Part shown: in pieces, positions 1 to 10,400 of the stretch
How the letters are laid out: each line of letters begins with the position of its first letter
Position numbering within the stretch: position 1 is the stretch's first letter
Origin: Rhizaria sp. SCN 62-66
Taxonomy: Eukaryota
Direction of reading: 5' to 3'
DNA: 41,020 nt
NCBI GenBank assembly: GCA_001724265.1
Contig: MEDY01000279.1
Location: 1-41,020 of the forward strand
Made by a program: the position numbers and the translations under genes
The notes under the pieces: generated by a model
Told to the model about the DNA's origin: nothing
The model's input: the letters and a program-made list of their open reading frames with translations, nothing else
Database searches by the model: none

Positions 1-780
1 GGCAGCGGCCTCCGCGGCGGCGGCTTCGGCTGCCTCGGCCAACGCGGCGGCGCGGGCGGCGGCCTCGGCGGCGGCGACCGCGGCGGCGGCGTCGGCGGCG
101 GCAGCGGCGCGCGCGGAGGCCCGCACGTCGACCGTGTCCTGCGCGTGTTTCTCCCGCAGCGCGGTCAACGCGGCGGCGTGCGCGGCGGCGGCGGCAGCGG
201 CGTCCGTCTGCGCGGCATGCAGCGCAGCCGAGTGCGCCGCATTGGCGGCCGCGGTGGCCGTGTGTGCAGTGGCGAGATCGGCGCGCACGGCGGCCAGGTC
301 GGCCTCAGCGCGCTCGAGCGCGGCGACGACCCCGGCCGTGGCGCCCAGCTGCAGCGAGTCTGTGTAATTACGCAGCGCGCGGAGAAAGGAGGACTGCATG
401 CGCGACATGACGGTGAGCAGCCAGACAAGGCAGGCGAGCCCCGCGGCGACGACGGCGTAGACGGGGCCCGGCCGGATGAAGCACGTGGCGCACGACACCT
501 GCCCGAACGGGAGGTCGATGTGGACCTGCTGACCGAAAAGCGGCGTTGCGCTGCACGTAAACAGCACGCCCGCGCAGATGCCCAGCAGGTACAGCGCGGC
601 GACGCAGAGCGGGTAGGTCCAGCGCACGCACGCGGAGCCCAGACGCTTCGGCGGAGGCGTCAGCGGGTTCGGCGCCTGGGCGAAGGAGGAGGCGGCGCGG
701 GGGGGCGACGCCGGGACGGCGGGGAGCCCCGCGGTGGTGCGGTGCTCGCTCTCGCGCTTAGCCCGGGCACGGAGGTCCAT
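1..780 (-). CDS. Partial (3' end outside window) membrane protein: two hydrophobic helices followed by an Ala-rich coiled coil
   Basis: Manual translation from ATG at 780: MDLRARAKRESEH...WTYPLCVAALYLLGICAGVLFTC...PVYAVVAAGLACLVWLLTVM...ALERAEADLAAVRADLA.... The frame is open to the window edge, so it is absent from the ORF track. GC rises at the ATG. Confidence 0.8.
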   Translation of the reverse strand, partial: MDLRARAKRESEHRTTAGLPAVPASPPRAASSFAQAPNPLTPPPKRLGSACVRWTYPLCVAALYLLGICAGVLFTCSATPLFGQQVHIDLPFGQVSCATCFIRPGPVYAVVAAGLACLVWLLTVMSRMQSSFLRALRNYTDSLQLGATAGVVAALERAEADLAAVRADLATAHTATAAANAAHSAALHAAQTDAAAAAAAHAAALTALREKHAQDTVDVRASARAAAAADAAAAVAAAEAAARAAALAEAAEAAAAEAAA

Positions 781-814
781 GAATATGCCTACGCGTGCTC
801 GAACACAGGTGGTT

Positions 815-1004
815 CTGTGGCGAGAGGGGCTGGTATGCGAATAAGCAGAACGGAGTTGGAAGAGAGGCACGAGTCGGTCAGGTTACAGTCTGCTCAGTGT
901 CACAGCATGATTGGATTTGAAAAAAATATTAAAAACACGCTTGAATACAACTATCCAGCCATGTGCCATCGGTAATTTTCTTATTTTGCGATTTTACAAC
1001 GTAC
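815..1004 (-). other. Probable 5'-UTR intron of the 780(-) gene
   Basis: GTACGT donor at 1004 and CTCTCGCCACAG acceptor ending at 815, 34 nt before the ATG. Length 190 nt, matching the other introns. Confidence 0.5.
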
Positions 1005-1305
1005 ACGGTCTTGAAACGCAAAACTAGTTTGGTCCGTTGGTGGAGGTGGGCTGGGGGGCTGGAATCGAGAGACTCGACTTTACAAAGATATATCACTATA
1101 GTGTGATCGTGTACATCAATGAATGACAATTATTACGATTATAAGCTGGTTGAAAAACATTTTATGGCAATTATGTATTCTTATCGGCTACTCTATATTG
1201 TCTATTCCTGATTGCTAATCTGTCATCTCACTTCATATTGGTAACCGTTATAACCATTCTTCTTTGTGTTTAGCCTGCACCTCGAGCCCAAAACATTGGT
1301 TCTGC

Positions 1306-3567
1306 ATGTCATCCGCGACGGCTGAGCAGGCTGCGATGGCGGCCACTGCGCCGTCCCCGCTAATGCCCGCCCCGAGTGACTCTTCATCCACCACCGCTAC
1401 CTGTGACATCACTGTTTCCTTCAGCACTCTCTCGGCCGAGGCCCGCACCAAGAATGCATCCCCTTCCCGCGCCGCGTCTTCCTCAGCCACCGCGAAGCCC
1501 GCGCGCTCCCGACCGATTATCTTGTACCCGACGTCGCACGTCCGCGGCCACCCCGAGCCGGCGGTGTCCCGGTCCAACTACTTCGCGACGCCGCCGCCCG
1601 CAGGGTTCGACTCGAGCATCGTCGACGCCGCGCGCCCCGCCGTCGACCCCGGGATGCTGCACCACACCACTATGGTGCGTCTGTCCTCTCCGCGCGGCTT
1701 TCCCGCGACCCCACGCACGGCGCTGACGGCCCCGCTGGACGACATCGTCGACGCTGTGGTCGGCACCACCGCGGCGGGCGCTGCGCGCACAAACGCGGCG
1801 TCGCTGCGGCTGAGCAACGTCCGCATCAACGTGCTCGCGCGCCGCCGCGACTCCGCCGCCGCGGCCGCCGCCGCGGGTTCCAGCTCCGCGTCTAATGAGG
1901 GCACGCAGAGCGGCGCAGACGGGGACGCGCATGTGCGGGGCGCGCACGGGGGGAATGCGGGCCGTGTGAGCGAGCTGGACATGGCTGCATTGGCGGCCAC
2001 GGGCACGGTTGATATAGCATCCGTGTCCTACTCAGACCTCATGGCCGTCGATCACGTCCTGTGGCCGCGCGTGCCACGGCAAACTCAGCAACAGCAGCAG
2101 CAACATCAGCAACAAGGCCAGCAGCCGCGTCCCCAGTGGCAGCAGGCGCGGAAGTTCGTGCTCGCCCGCAGGCCCTCAGGATCGGCCGCAGCGGCGTCAA
2201 ACAGTGCCGACGCGAGTGTAACTGCGAACTCTGAGGGCGAGAGTAAGACTAATGCGCTGGATGCAAGCGAGAGCAGCGCAAAGAGTTACGGCCCCGAAGA
2301 GGCGACCGCTCAGGAGGCTGGGATCGAACCAGAGGCGGACGGGACTGTCAGTGTAAGCGCAAACGCACACGCAGATGAGAGCGCTGTCGATGCAGTTCCT
2401 GACGACGCGAACACTGCTGACCACGCGAACAACGACGACTCGGCAGCGGAAAAGGTGACCTCTGCGAGCGCGACTGACAGCAAGAAGAACGGCGGCGCAA
2501 TGCAAGGCCAGCCCCCCGGCCGGTTGGGACGCGCCGACCGGTGGGTCGTGACCGTGGCAGGCTTCAATCTGAACGAAGGAGTCAGCGAGATGCCTAAAAA
2601 GTCAAAGTTAAGACAGTCGCAGTCGCCATCCCAGACGACGGCAGCTCAGAAGAGTGACGCTGGTGCAGCCAAGCCTGCGGCTGAAGCTGGCGCTGGACCT
2701 GCTGCTGATGCCACTGCAGACGCAGACGCTGCCGATGCTGACGACGGCGAGCCTGAGGGCGGCGGCGGCGGCGGCGAGGCTAAGGCTAAGGGCAATGGCG
2801 AGTCCAAGGGCGGCGACAGCGAGTCTAAGGGCCCCGCGTCCGTGACTCACGCCGGCTTCCTACCCCTGGGCGCGCAGCTCTCGCTCTCGCGCGAGGCCGC
2901 GCTGGCGCAGGCGCTGCTGACGCCCGCGCTTGCCGCGACTGGGCCGCGCGCCAACAGCCACGCCGTGGTGCCGCTGGCGTCCGCGCGCGAGGCGCCGCCG
3001 CGGCCGGAGTGGTTTGACGACAAGGACGCGCTTCGGAAGTGCAAGCGGGGCAACGGCGGCTCCAGTGCGAGCAACAGCAAGGATAGCAATAACAGCTCGA
3101 AAAAAGCGACTCCTGTACAGGTGTCTGCAGCCGCTGCTCCTGCGAAGACGGAGACGCCCGCTGCAGCTGCTGCCAGCAAACCGAAGCCGGCGCCTGCCAA
3201 GAAAGCCGCGGCCCCTGCGCCTGAACCTGCCGCGCCTGCTGCGGCTGCCGACAAGGGCGACGGCGAAGACGGCGACGAAGGCGACGGTGAAGACGAGGAG
3301 AAAGAGAGCAGGCCCGCGGCTGCAGTTGCGTCTTCCCAGACGCCTGCGAGCCCCCGGCCCGGGGCAAGGAGACCCACGCCCGCGGCTGCACCGGTGCCCG
3401 AGGGCGACGAGGGCGCAGAGGACGAGGCAGAGGATGAGGCCGCCGAGGCGGGTGCCAATGCCAATGCCGATGCTGAGGCAGAACCAGAAGCTGAGCGGGA
3501 AATTGAGGCTGATGTTGCGGAAGAGGCAGATGCAGGTGCAGATGAGGAAGAGGCGGATGCTGAGTAA
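1306..3567 (+). CDS. Hypothetical protein (753 aa): short globular-looking blocks separated by Ala/Gln/acidic low-complexity inserts, with an acidic C-terminus
   Basis: Long GC-rich ORF with first ATG at 1306. TAA at 3565-3567 is followed by an abrupt AT-rich shift. No family recognised. Confidence 0.8.
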   Translation: MSSATAEQAAMAATAPSPLMPAPSDSSSTTATCDITVSFSTLSAEARTKNASPSRAASSSATAKPARSRPIILYPTSHVRGHPEPAVSRSNYFATPPPAGFDSSIVDAARPAVDPGMLHHTTMVRLSSPRGFPATPRTALTAPLDDIVDAVVGTTAAGAARTNAASLRLSNVRINVLARRRDSAAAAAAAGSSSASNEGTQSGADGDAHVRGAHGGNAGRVSELDMAALAATGTVDIASVSYSDLMAVDHVLWPRVPRQTQQQQQQHQQQGQQPRPQWQQARKFVLARRPSGSAAAASNSADASVTANSEGESKTNALDASESSAKSYGPEEATAQEAGIEPEADGTVSVSANAHADESAVDAVPDDANTADHANNDDSAAEKVTSASATDSKKNGGAMQGQPPGRLGRADRWVVTVAGFNLNEGVSEMPKKSKLRQSQSPSQTTAAQKSDAGAAKPAAEAGAGPAADATADADAADADDGEPEGGGGGGEAKAKGNGESKGGDSESKGPASVTHAGFLPLGAQLSLSREAALAQALLTPALAATGPRANSHAVVPLASAREAPPRPEWFDDKDALRKCKRGNGGSSASNSKDSNNSSKKATPVQVSAAAAPAKTETPAAAAASKPKPAPAKKAAAPAPEPAAPAAAADKGDGEDGDEGDGEDEEKESRPAAAVASSQTPASPRPGARRPTPAAAPVPEGDEGAEDEAEDEAAEAGANANADAEAEPEAEREIEADVAEEADAGADEEEADAE

Positions 3568-4458
3568 GCATAGTTACTGAGAAACGTTACATAGCAAGGT
3601 CATCAAGACAATAAAATTATCAATTTGTATTGAAATATTTGTTGAAAAAGCATCTAACGATGTGGTTATCTGAATATACTGTAACATGAACTGCAGTTTA
3701 AAAATACAAAGTAACGCAAAACAAACGGAAAAATAATGGTGCCGCTGTACGCACCATCTTTGCAACTTGGAGATTGTTGAGATAAAGACGCTTGTTTTAG
3801 CTGAGTGTCGTTATCTTAGGTCGCCTCGACTTGCGGTCGCTACTACCCTCACACGACGACCGAAGTGACTTCTTCAGTTGCAGCGCGATAGTAACGGGCG
3901 CAGGAAACAAATGGGAACAAAACACAAAGGAACGAAGAAAAGAAGCACAGAAGCAGCTTCGAGATTGGGCGACTTGCATGTAACAAAAAACTAATAAACA
4001 AGATGAATTTGAAGGAGCTCTGATTGGCAGTGTCAGCACATATACAAAACAGATGCAACGAGTCTTGGACAAAAGACAGAGAAAAACAGGATGCTGGATG
4101 ACAAAATGGATTAGCGGCGCACGTTGCAGCATTCATGCTTGCCAAAAAGACGATGATGGCAACATACACATATCATATTGTGCAATTACACAAGTCGGTT
4201 GCGGAATTCAAGCCCCCGTGCGATTATAGTTGTTATTCCTGGTAGCGTGTCATCACTCGCAAAGCCTCGCCTCGTGGCAATGCTTTACGGTGCACACGAC
4301 CAGTACAAAACACACATAATGCACAGTGTCCCGAACCACCGATAAAACATAAACTATCCGACTGAGCACACCCTTTGCCGTTGCAACTAAATGTGAAAAA
4401 AAAGTCAAGCCAAGTCAAGTTTTCTCACTCTTTAAGAGTAAACAAGTCTGAGTCGCCT

Positions 4459-7400
4459 TTACTGGCGCTTGGCACTCCTCTTAACCTTGGCACGGCCGGT
4501 CCGGCGCGCGCCCGCGGCTGCCGCAGCGTCGCCGGAGCCGTCGCTGGTCTGGCTCTTCTTCTCACCGTCGGGGCTGTGTCCGCTGCGGGGCGCGTCTGTG
4601 CCGATGACGGACATGGACACGCCCATGGCCGTGGCGTCGCGATCCATCGCGAAGGTGTCGCTGCTGCCGACCACGGTCGACGCCGCGAAGGTCGGCGCGG
4701 GGACGAGCCCCGAGTCGGTGCTGGCGAGCGAGTCGCCGCCGTCACTCGCGAACGACGTCGTGTAGCCGTAGTCGGGCGACCCGCCGGGGTAGCCGGGCTT
4801 GGTCGCCACGGTGCCCGCAGTGGTCGCGGCGTGCTCGACGACGGGGATGGTCTGGAACGGGGTGCCCTCGTCTGAGTTGTCGTTGCCCGCACTCGCGCCA
4901 GTGAAAGCGAGCGCACGCGGCTTCAGCGCGCTGGGCTCGTCGTTGTAGCCGCTGTTGTTGCCGTTGACTGCGGAGTGGAACCGCACAGGCACCGCGGCCG
5001 CGGCAGGGGCGGCGGCGACGGGGGCGGCGGCGACCGCGGGGGCCTCGGTCTCCTCGTCCTCGTACTCGTCCTCCTCCTGCTCGTAGCCGTTGTTGTACTG
5101 CTGGCGCTGCGCGGCGTCGTGGCGCGCCTGCGCCTCGGCCAGCATCTGCTGCTCGGCGTAGGCCGCGGCGGCAACGACGTCGTGGTCCGCCTGCATCTGC
5201 CGTAGGTGGCCCTCGAGTGCCGACGTCGATGTCACCACGGAGCGGTGCTGCGCCTGCGCGGGCATCAGCGGGCGCGTCACGAACCCGCCGGACGTGGCGC
5301 CGTGCATCAGCACTTGCTGTTGCTGGCGGATCGCCGCAGACGACGCCGGCGCGGGGCCAGCGGCTGCTGCGGGCGCGCGGCCTGGCGCAGGCGTGGCTAT
5401 GAACGCGGGAGTCGCGGGGACGGACTGCGTGGGCGCGGCCTTGGCCGCAGCCGCGAGGTTGGAGCTGGAGGAAGAGGGCACCCCCTCGACGCCGCCGCTG
5501 CTGGTGGCGTCGGTGGGGCGCACCTGCAGCATCGGGCGCGGCATCGCGCGCGACGTGGCGCCCGCGCTGAAGGACATGCGCTGGTACGCGGGCACCATGC
5601 CCAGCGACGGCGGCGCGCCGTTCTGCTTGCTGGCGATCGCGGCGGCGCGGGCCGCGGCCAGCTCAGCTCGCGTGGACGCAGCAGCCGCCTCGCGCGCCGC
5701 GGCGTCCTGCTGGCGCTGTCGCTCCTCGGCGGCCGCGCGCTCGGCGTTGATAGCATCCATCAAGTCGCGGCCGGCGTCGCTGCCGTTGACCGACGGGCTG
5801 GGCGGGCCCGCGCCCGCGCCGCCGCCGGCGCGCAGCATCACAGACAGACGGGGGCGGTACACCTCGTCCTCGCCGTTTTCGACGTACTCGCCGTTCTCGT
5901 CCGCGCCGTAGTTGTTGTGGGCGTTGCGCGAGGGCGAGTTGCCGAGACCGAGCACTGCGGAGGCGCGCTTGGCCTTGGCTGTGCCGTTCTTGCGAGCGCG
6001 ACGGCGCTCAGCGCCCGTGGTGAAGTCGAGCTGCGACATCTCCAGGTCGCCGCCGCGCTGGGCACGCAGCTCCGCGGCGCGCTTCTGGCGGTCGGCGTCT
6101 CTCCGCTCTCTCTCGGCCTCGGCGCCATAGTCGTCGGCCTCGGTGGCGTTGTCGAGCCCCAGGTCGCGGGCACGCGCGTAGGCGAGACGCTTTTGCTCGC
6201 TCTTCATCTCCGCCTGGCGCTTTCTCCGCAGCGCGTCTAGCTCGTCGGGCGTGAGGCCCTCGCCTCCGTTGCGCTTGGCCTCAGCCTCCTCGGCGTCGAG
6301 CTCGGCCTGGAGAATGTCGTCCTCGAGCTTGCGCAGCGTCGAGAGCTCGGAATCCGCCTTGAGGGCCTCGGCCGCGTCAGACTTAAAAATGGCAGAAAGC
6401 AGGAAGATGGCGATGGCAGTCTTGGCGAGAATCGACACCATGCGGAGCAGGAAGATGTCGAGGGCGTTGGACAGCGCGGAGGACTCGATCCACTCGACCG
6501 TGGCGTTGGCGCGGAAGAGGTCGAACTGCATGCCGTAGACGAGGATCATCATGATGCAAAAAAACACCCACATGGTGAGGAAGATGAATCCAACAAGGCG
6601 AAGACCACGCGGGAAGCGTTCGAAGAGCGGACGCGTCTCATACCACTTCATCAGGTGCTCAAACGACACGTCAACCTGGGTGCGGAGACGCAGCTTGAGC
6701 TTCTGCTCGTTGCGCGGGTCCATGCGGCCCGACGTCTTCTGGCCGTAGTGGTTGTAGCGCCACGCCGCGAGACGCGCGATCTCGTTGAGCTGGATGCGCT
6801 CGACGGCGGGCGTGCACTTGGAGAACCACTTGAGCTGGTGCTCAGGCTTGCCAACATACGTGTCAGTGTTACCTTCGCCGGTGTAGCGCAGGAAGCAGAG
6901 GTGCTCAGCGTACGTGTACAGCATGGTCTTAACGCGCGCCTTCTGCGTCAGCGCGAACACGAGGGAAAGAATGAAGCCAATCGGCAGCATGATGGCGGCC
7001 GAGATGACCGAGATCGAGATAAACGCAAGCTGCGCCTGATCGTTACCGTAGAACATGGCGTTGACGAAGTAGCCAGATAGGAAGAGCACGCACGCAGTGA
7101 GCGCGCGACCCGCGGACGAGTACGAGTGCGCGTCCTCACGCAGGAAGATACTCACCCACAAGTGGTCATGACGCAGTGAGTAGATGGCCTTCGTCTTGAG
7201 CTTCTGGAACGCGGTCATCTCGACTTCGATCTCAGGGTTTTCCGTCGCGTCGGTGCGCTCTGCAGAGACAATCCATTGGCGGTGGAGTTTTCTCATCGCC
7301 TCCTTGTCCTTAATACGGTCGATTCTAACGGCAACGACGAAGAAGATGGCGCAGATGACGAACCACACGCAGATTGCGATCAGCGGCACGGGGTGCTTGC

Positions 7401-10400
7401 GGACGTTCTCGGGCGTGAGGTTGAGGAAATCACGGGCACTGATCGTGTTGAACGAGGGCAGGAAGTCCGTCATCTGGATCTTGGACCGGAACATCGTCAG
7501 GTGCGTGCAGCTGCACACAGTGAAGGTCGTGTTGAACGACACACGCTTGCAGCCATCGGTGCTCCACGCGCCACCGGTACCCGTGGCTCTCGGACTCCAG
7601 TACTCGCACACCGGCGAGAAGGAGCCGTCAATAGCACTGGGATTGGGGATCGTGATGATGAAGGCCGAGTTCGTCTGCGTGGTGTCGAACTTCTGCGTCT
7701 GCGGGATCGGCACAGTCAAGCTGTCGCCGACCGTGACCAGGAGCGGCGTGGAGCCGCTGCGCGCTTGCATCGACAGCGATACAAACGACGACGAGGAGGT
7801 GCCATTGAGGTACTCACCATCGGGCACCGAAGCCAGCGCCATGAGATCCGTGCTCTCGATGACCGAGAGCACCATGTTGACGCTGCCCGTGTTCGCAGTC
7901 GTCATTGAGCCTGCGATGTTGTTCGGCAAGGTCACACGCGCACCGCCGGAGGGCGCCGTCACGATCGAGGGCGCGGCGCCAGCATTGGTTGCGATGTGCT
8001 GCGTGACGAGCTGAATGCCACCCTGCGACAGCGAGTCGGCGGCCTCGCCGGAGACGGAGGGGCCCATTGTGTTAAAGGCCAGCACGGCCAACTGCGCAGG
8101 GATCAGGTTGATCAGCGCAGCGGCCTCGGCGCGCATGGCCGCGATGAGGGCCTGGTTGTCCGCCGACTCGGGGTTCGAAGATACGTCCTTAGTGACTACG
8201 CCACTGTGGGTGCGCGACGACAGCGTCAGGAACGACGATGATGCCGAGCCCTGGGCAGCCGCAGCGGCAGCCGCAGCCTCAGCCTCATCCTGCGCGACAG
8301 CGGCAGCGGCGATCTTGTCGCCCTTGCGCGCGCGAATGCGGTTCATGAGCGCGGCACGCTTCTTGCCGATGAGCACGCCGTCCTCGTTCACGTCCTCAGG
8401 GCCCGCGCCGATAGCGGCGTAGGGGTCCAGCGGCAGCAGGCGCGGGTCGTCGCGGAACCCGTTGGCGCGCGCGGCAGCGACCTCAGCCGCCTCGCCGGGG
8501 TCGGCGACTGGGAGGGGCACGCCGAGCACAGTCATGATGGTCTTGCCGACTGCGTTGGCGACAGAGTGCAGCACGCCAGTGCCGGCGCTTGGGCCCGCGC
8601 CTGTGCTCGTCGTCAGCGTGCTGGACGCGCGGCCCGCGGTCGTGTTGCGGTTGATGAGCGCAGCCTCAGAGTCGAACGAGCGCATGATGTTCTTCAGAGT
8701 CATCAGCATCGCGTTGGCCGACGGCGCGCGCAGCGTGGGCGTGCCAGACACCATCGTGAGGCCAGCGGCCTGGCGCATCTGCATCTTGAGCGCGTACGAA
8801 CGCACATCCGCGGTCAGTTCGAGTGGACGCGCGCAAACGCCAGCAACGAGCTGCAGAGTCATTTCGGACTGAGTCGTACTGCCTTCCCAGGTAGGCACGT
8901 TGGGGAACTGGGGCAGCACGGGCGTGCTAATGAGGCTCGTGTCCTCGAGCTCCTGGCGCAGCGCACTGAGCGCGACCTTGCGCATCGTCTGCGAGGTACC
9001 CAGCAACGTCTGCACAGCGGGGTCCTGGATCTGCTCCAGCAGCTGCAGACGCACTGCGGCGTTGCCCTGAACGTCGGCAGCGGTAGCGGTGAGACGAATG
9101 AGAATATTGGCAACGACGACGGTGAAGGAGTCGATACTGACCCTGTAGCTGGCGTCAACAAGACCAGAGTTAAGGTACATGCTGACTGGCAGCAGAGTCT
9201 CGCTGGTACTATCGCGCGCCGCCAGTGTGACGGTCACGGCCACAGACGTTACCGCGTTGTACTTGTCGTAGATAAGTGCAGTGAACGTGACCGTAGCGGG
9301 GAAGTCGAGCGAGACAACGAGGCGCGGCGAGAAGGAGATAGGCGCAATCTCGGCCTGCAGAGTCACCGCATCCAGACCGGTGCCGAAGGTGGTGTCGAAC
9401 ATGAACAGGTAGCGCAGCGGCTGGTCGCCGTCCTCGTCGCTCCATTGCTGGCAGTAGAGCGCGAACGGTACACCGGCGCGCAGCACGTGCGAGGTCGTCG
9501 AGGTGGACTCGGCGCTGCACGCGCCACCACTGGGGGGCTCGTTGATCGTCAACGTGATGGTCGACGACGCGAGCTCGTCAGGCAGCGGCCCGACCGGGTA
9601 GCTCTCAAGCGACAACGTCGTGGGGACGCTCGCCGCGGTGGGGTAGAGTGAGGCGCGGAACGTGTACGTGACACCCGCAGTGAGTCCGTTGGCCGCGAAC
9701 GCGAGCGCATTGTCGAGCAATGTTGCCGTGTGTCGGATCGAGAGATCTGTCATGTCGACATTACGCGTGTCGCAGGTCCAGTACACCACAGGGTCGGGCA
9801 GCGAGTCGTCGTTCTTTGTGACCACCGCGCGCATGCGGGTGATGGTGCCCGCGGGGAGCTTGTCAGAGGCCTGACCCTGAATCAAAACGGTGTAGTCATG
9901 GGTGATATTGACCAGCGTGATACGCGTAGTCGTCGAGGCTGAGCGCATGTTCTTGGTGATCGTGAGCGTGATGTCAATGTCAGAATCAGCAGCAGGAAGA
10001 AGGTCCGAAGCCTCAATCTCTGCTGTCACATCAACCGGCATAATCCAGGCAGGCCAGCACAGCTCGCTGGGAGAATTGACAACGGCGCAGGTCCACGAGT
10101 ACATCAACTCAAGGTCGTCGCCCTCATCCGGGTTGTGATCGCGGTCAAGCGACTGTACACCAGACAGGCTCAACGTCGTCGTGAGCGGGTGCGTGCCAGA
10201 CAGCGCCAGGATGCGCGGCAGCAGCGGGCCAACTTCGCAAACGACGGTGATATCCACATCGGCAAGAATGGCAATGCTTTGCTGTTCCACAGTGACGCGG
10301 AACTGGTACGTGTATCCCGGCTTCAGCGCGTAGGCAGAAATAGTCAACGCATTGTTATCCACGGTAAAGCTAGCATCCGGGGAGGTATCCAGCAACGCCC

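Noticed and set aside
3565-3567. TAA also being a sense codon (ciliate-type UAR=Gln)
   Set aside because: No internal TAA in any gene, and the TAAs coincide with the coding-to-AT-rich transition.
4200-4225. GCACGGGGGCTTGA (minus strand) resembling the RNase MRP 3' conserved region
   Set aside because: No matching GAAAGUCCCC P4 partner found upstream.
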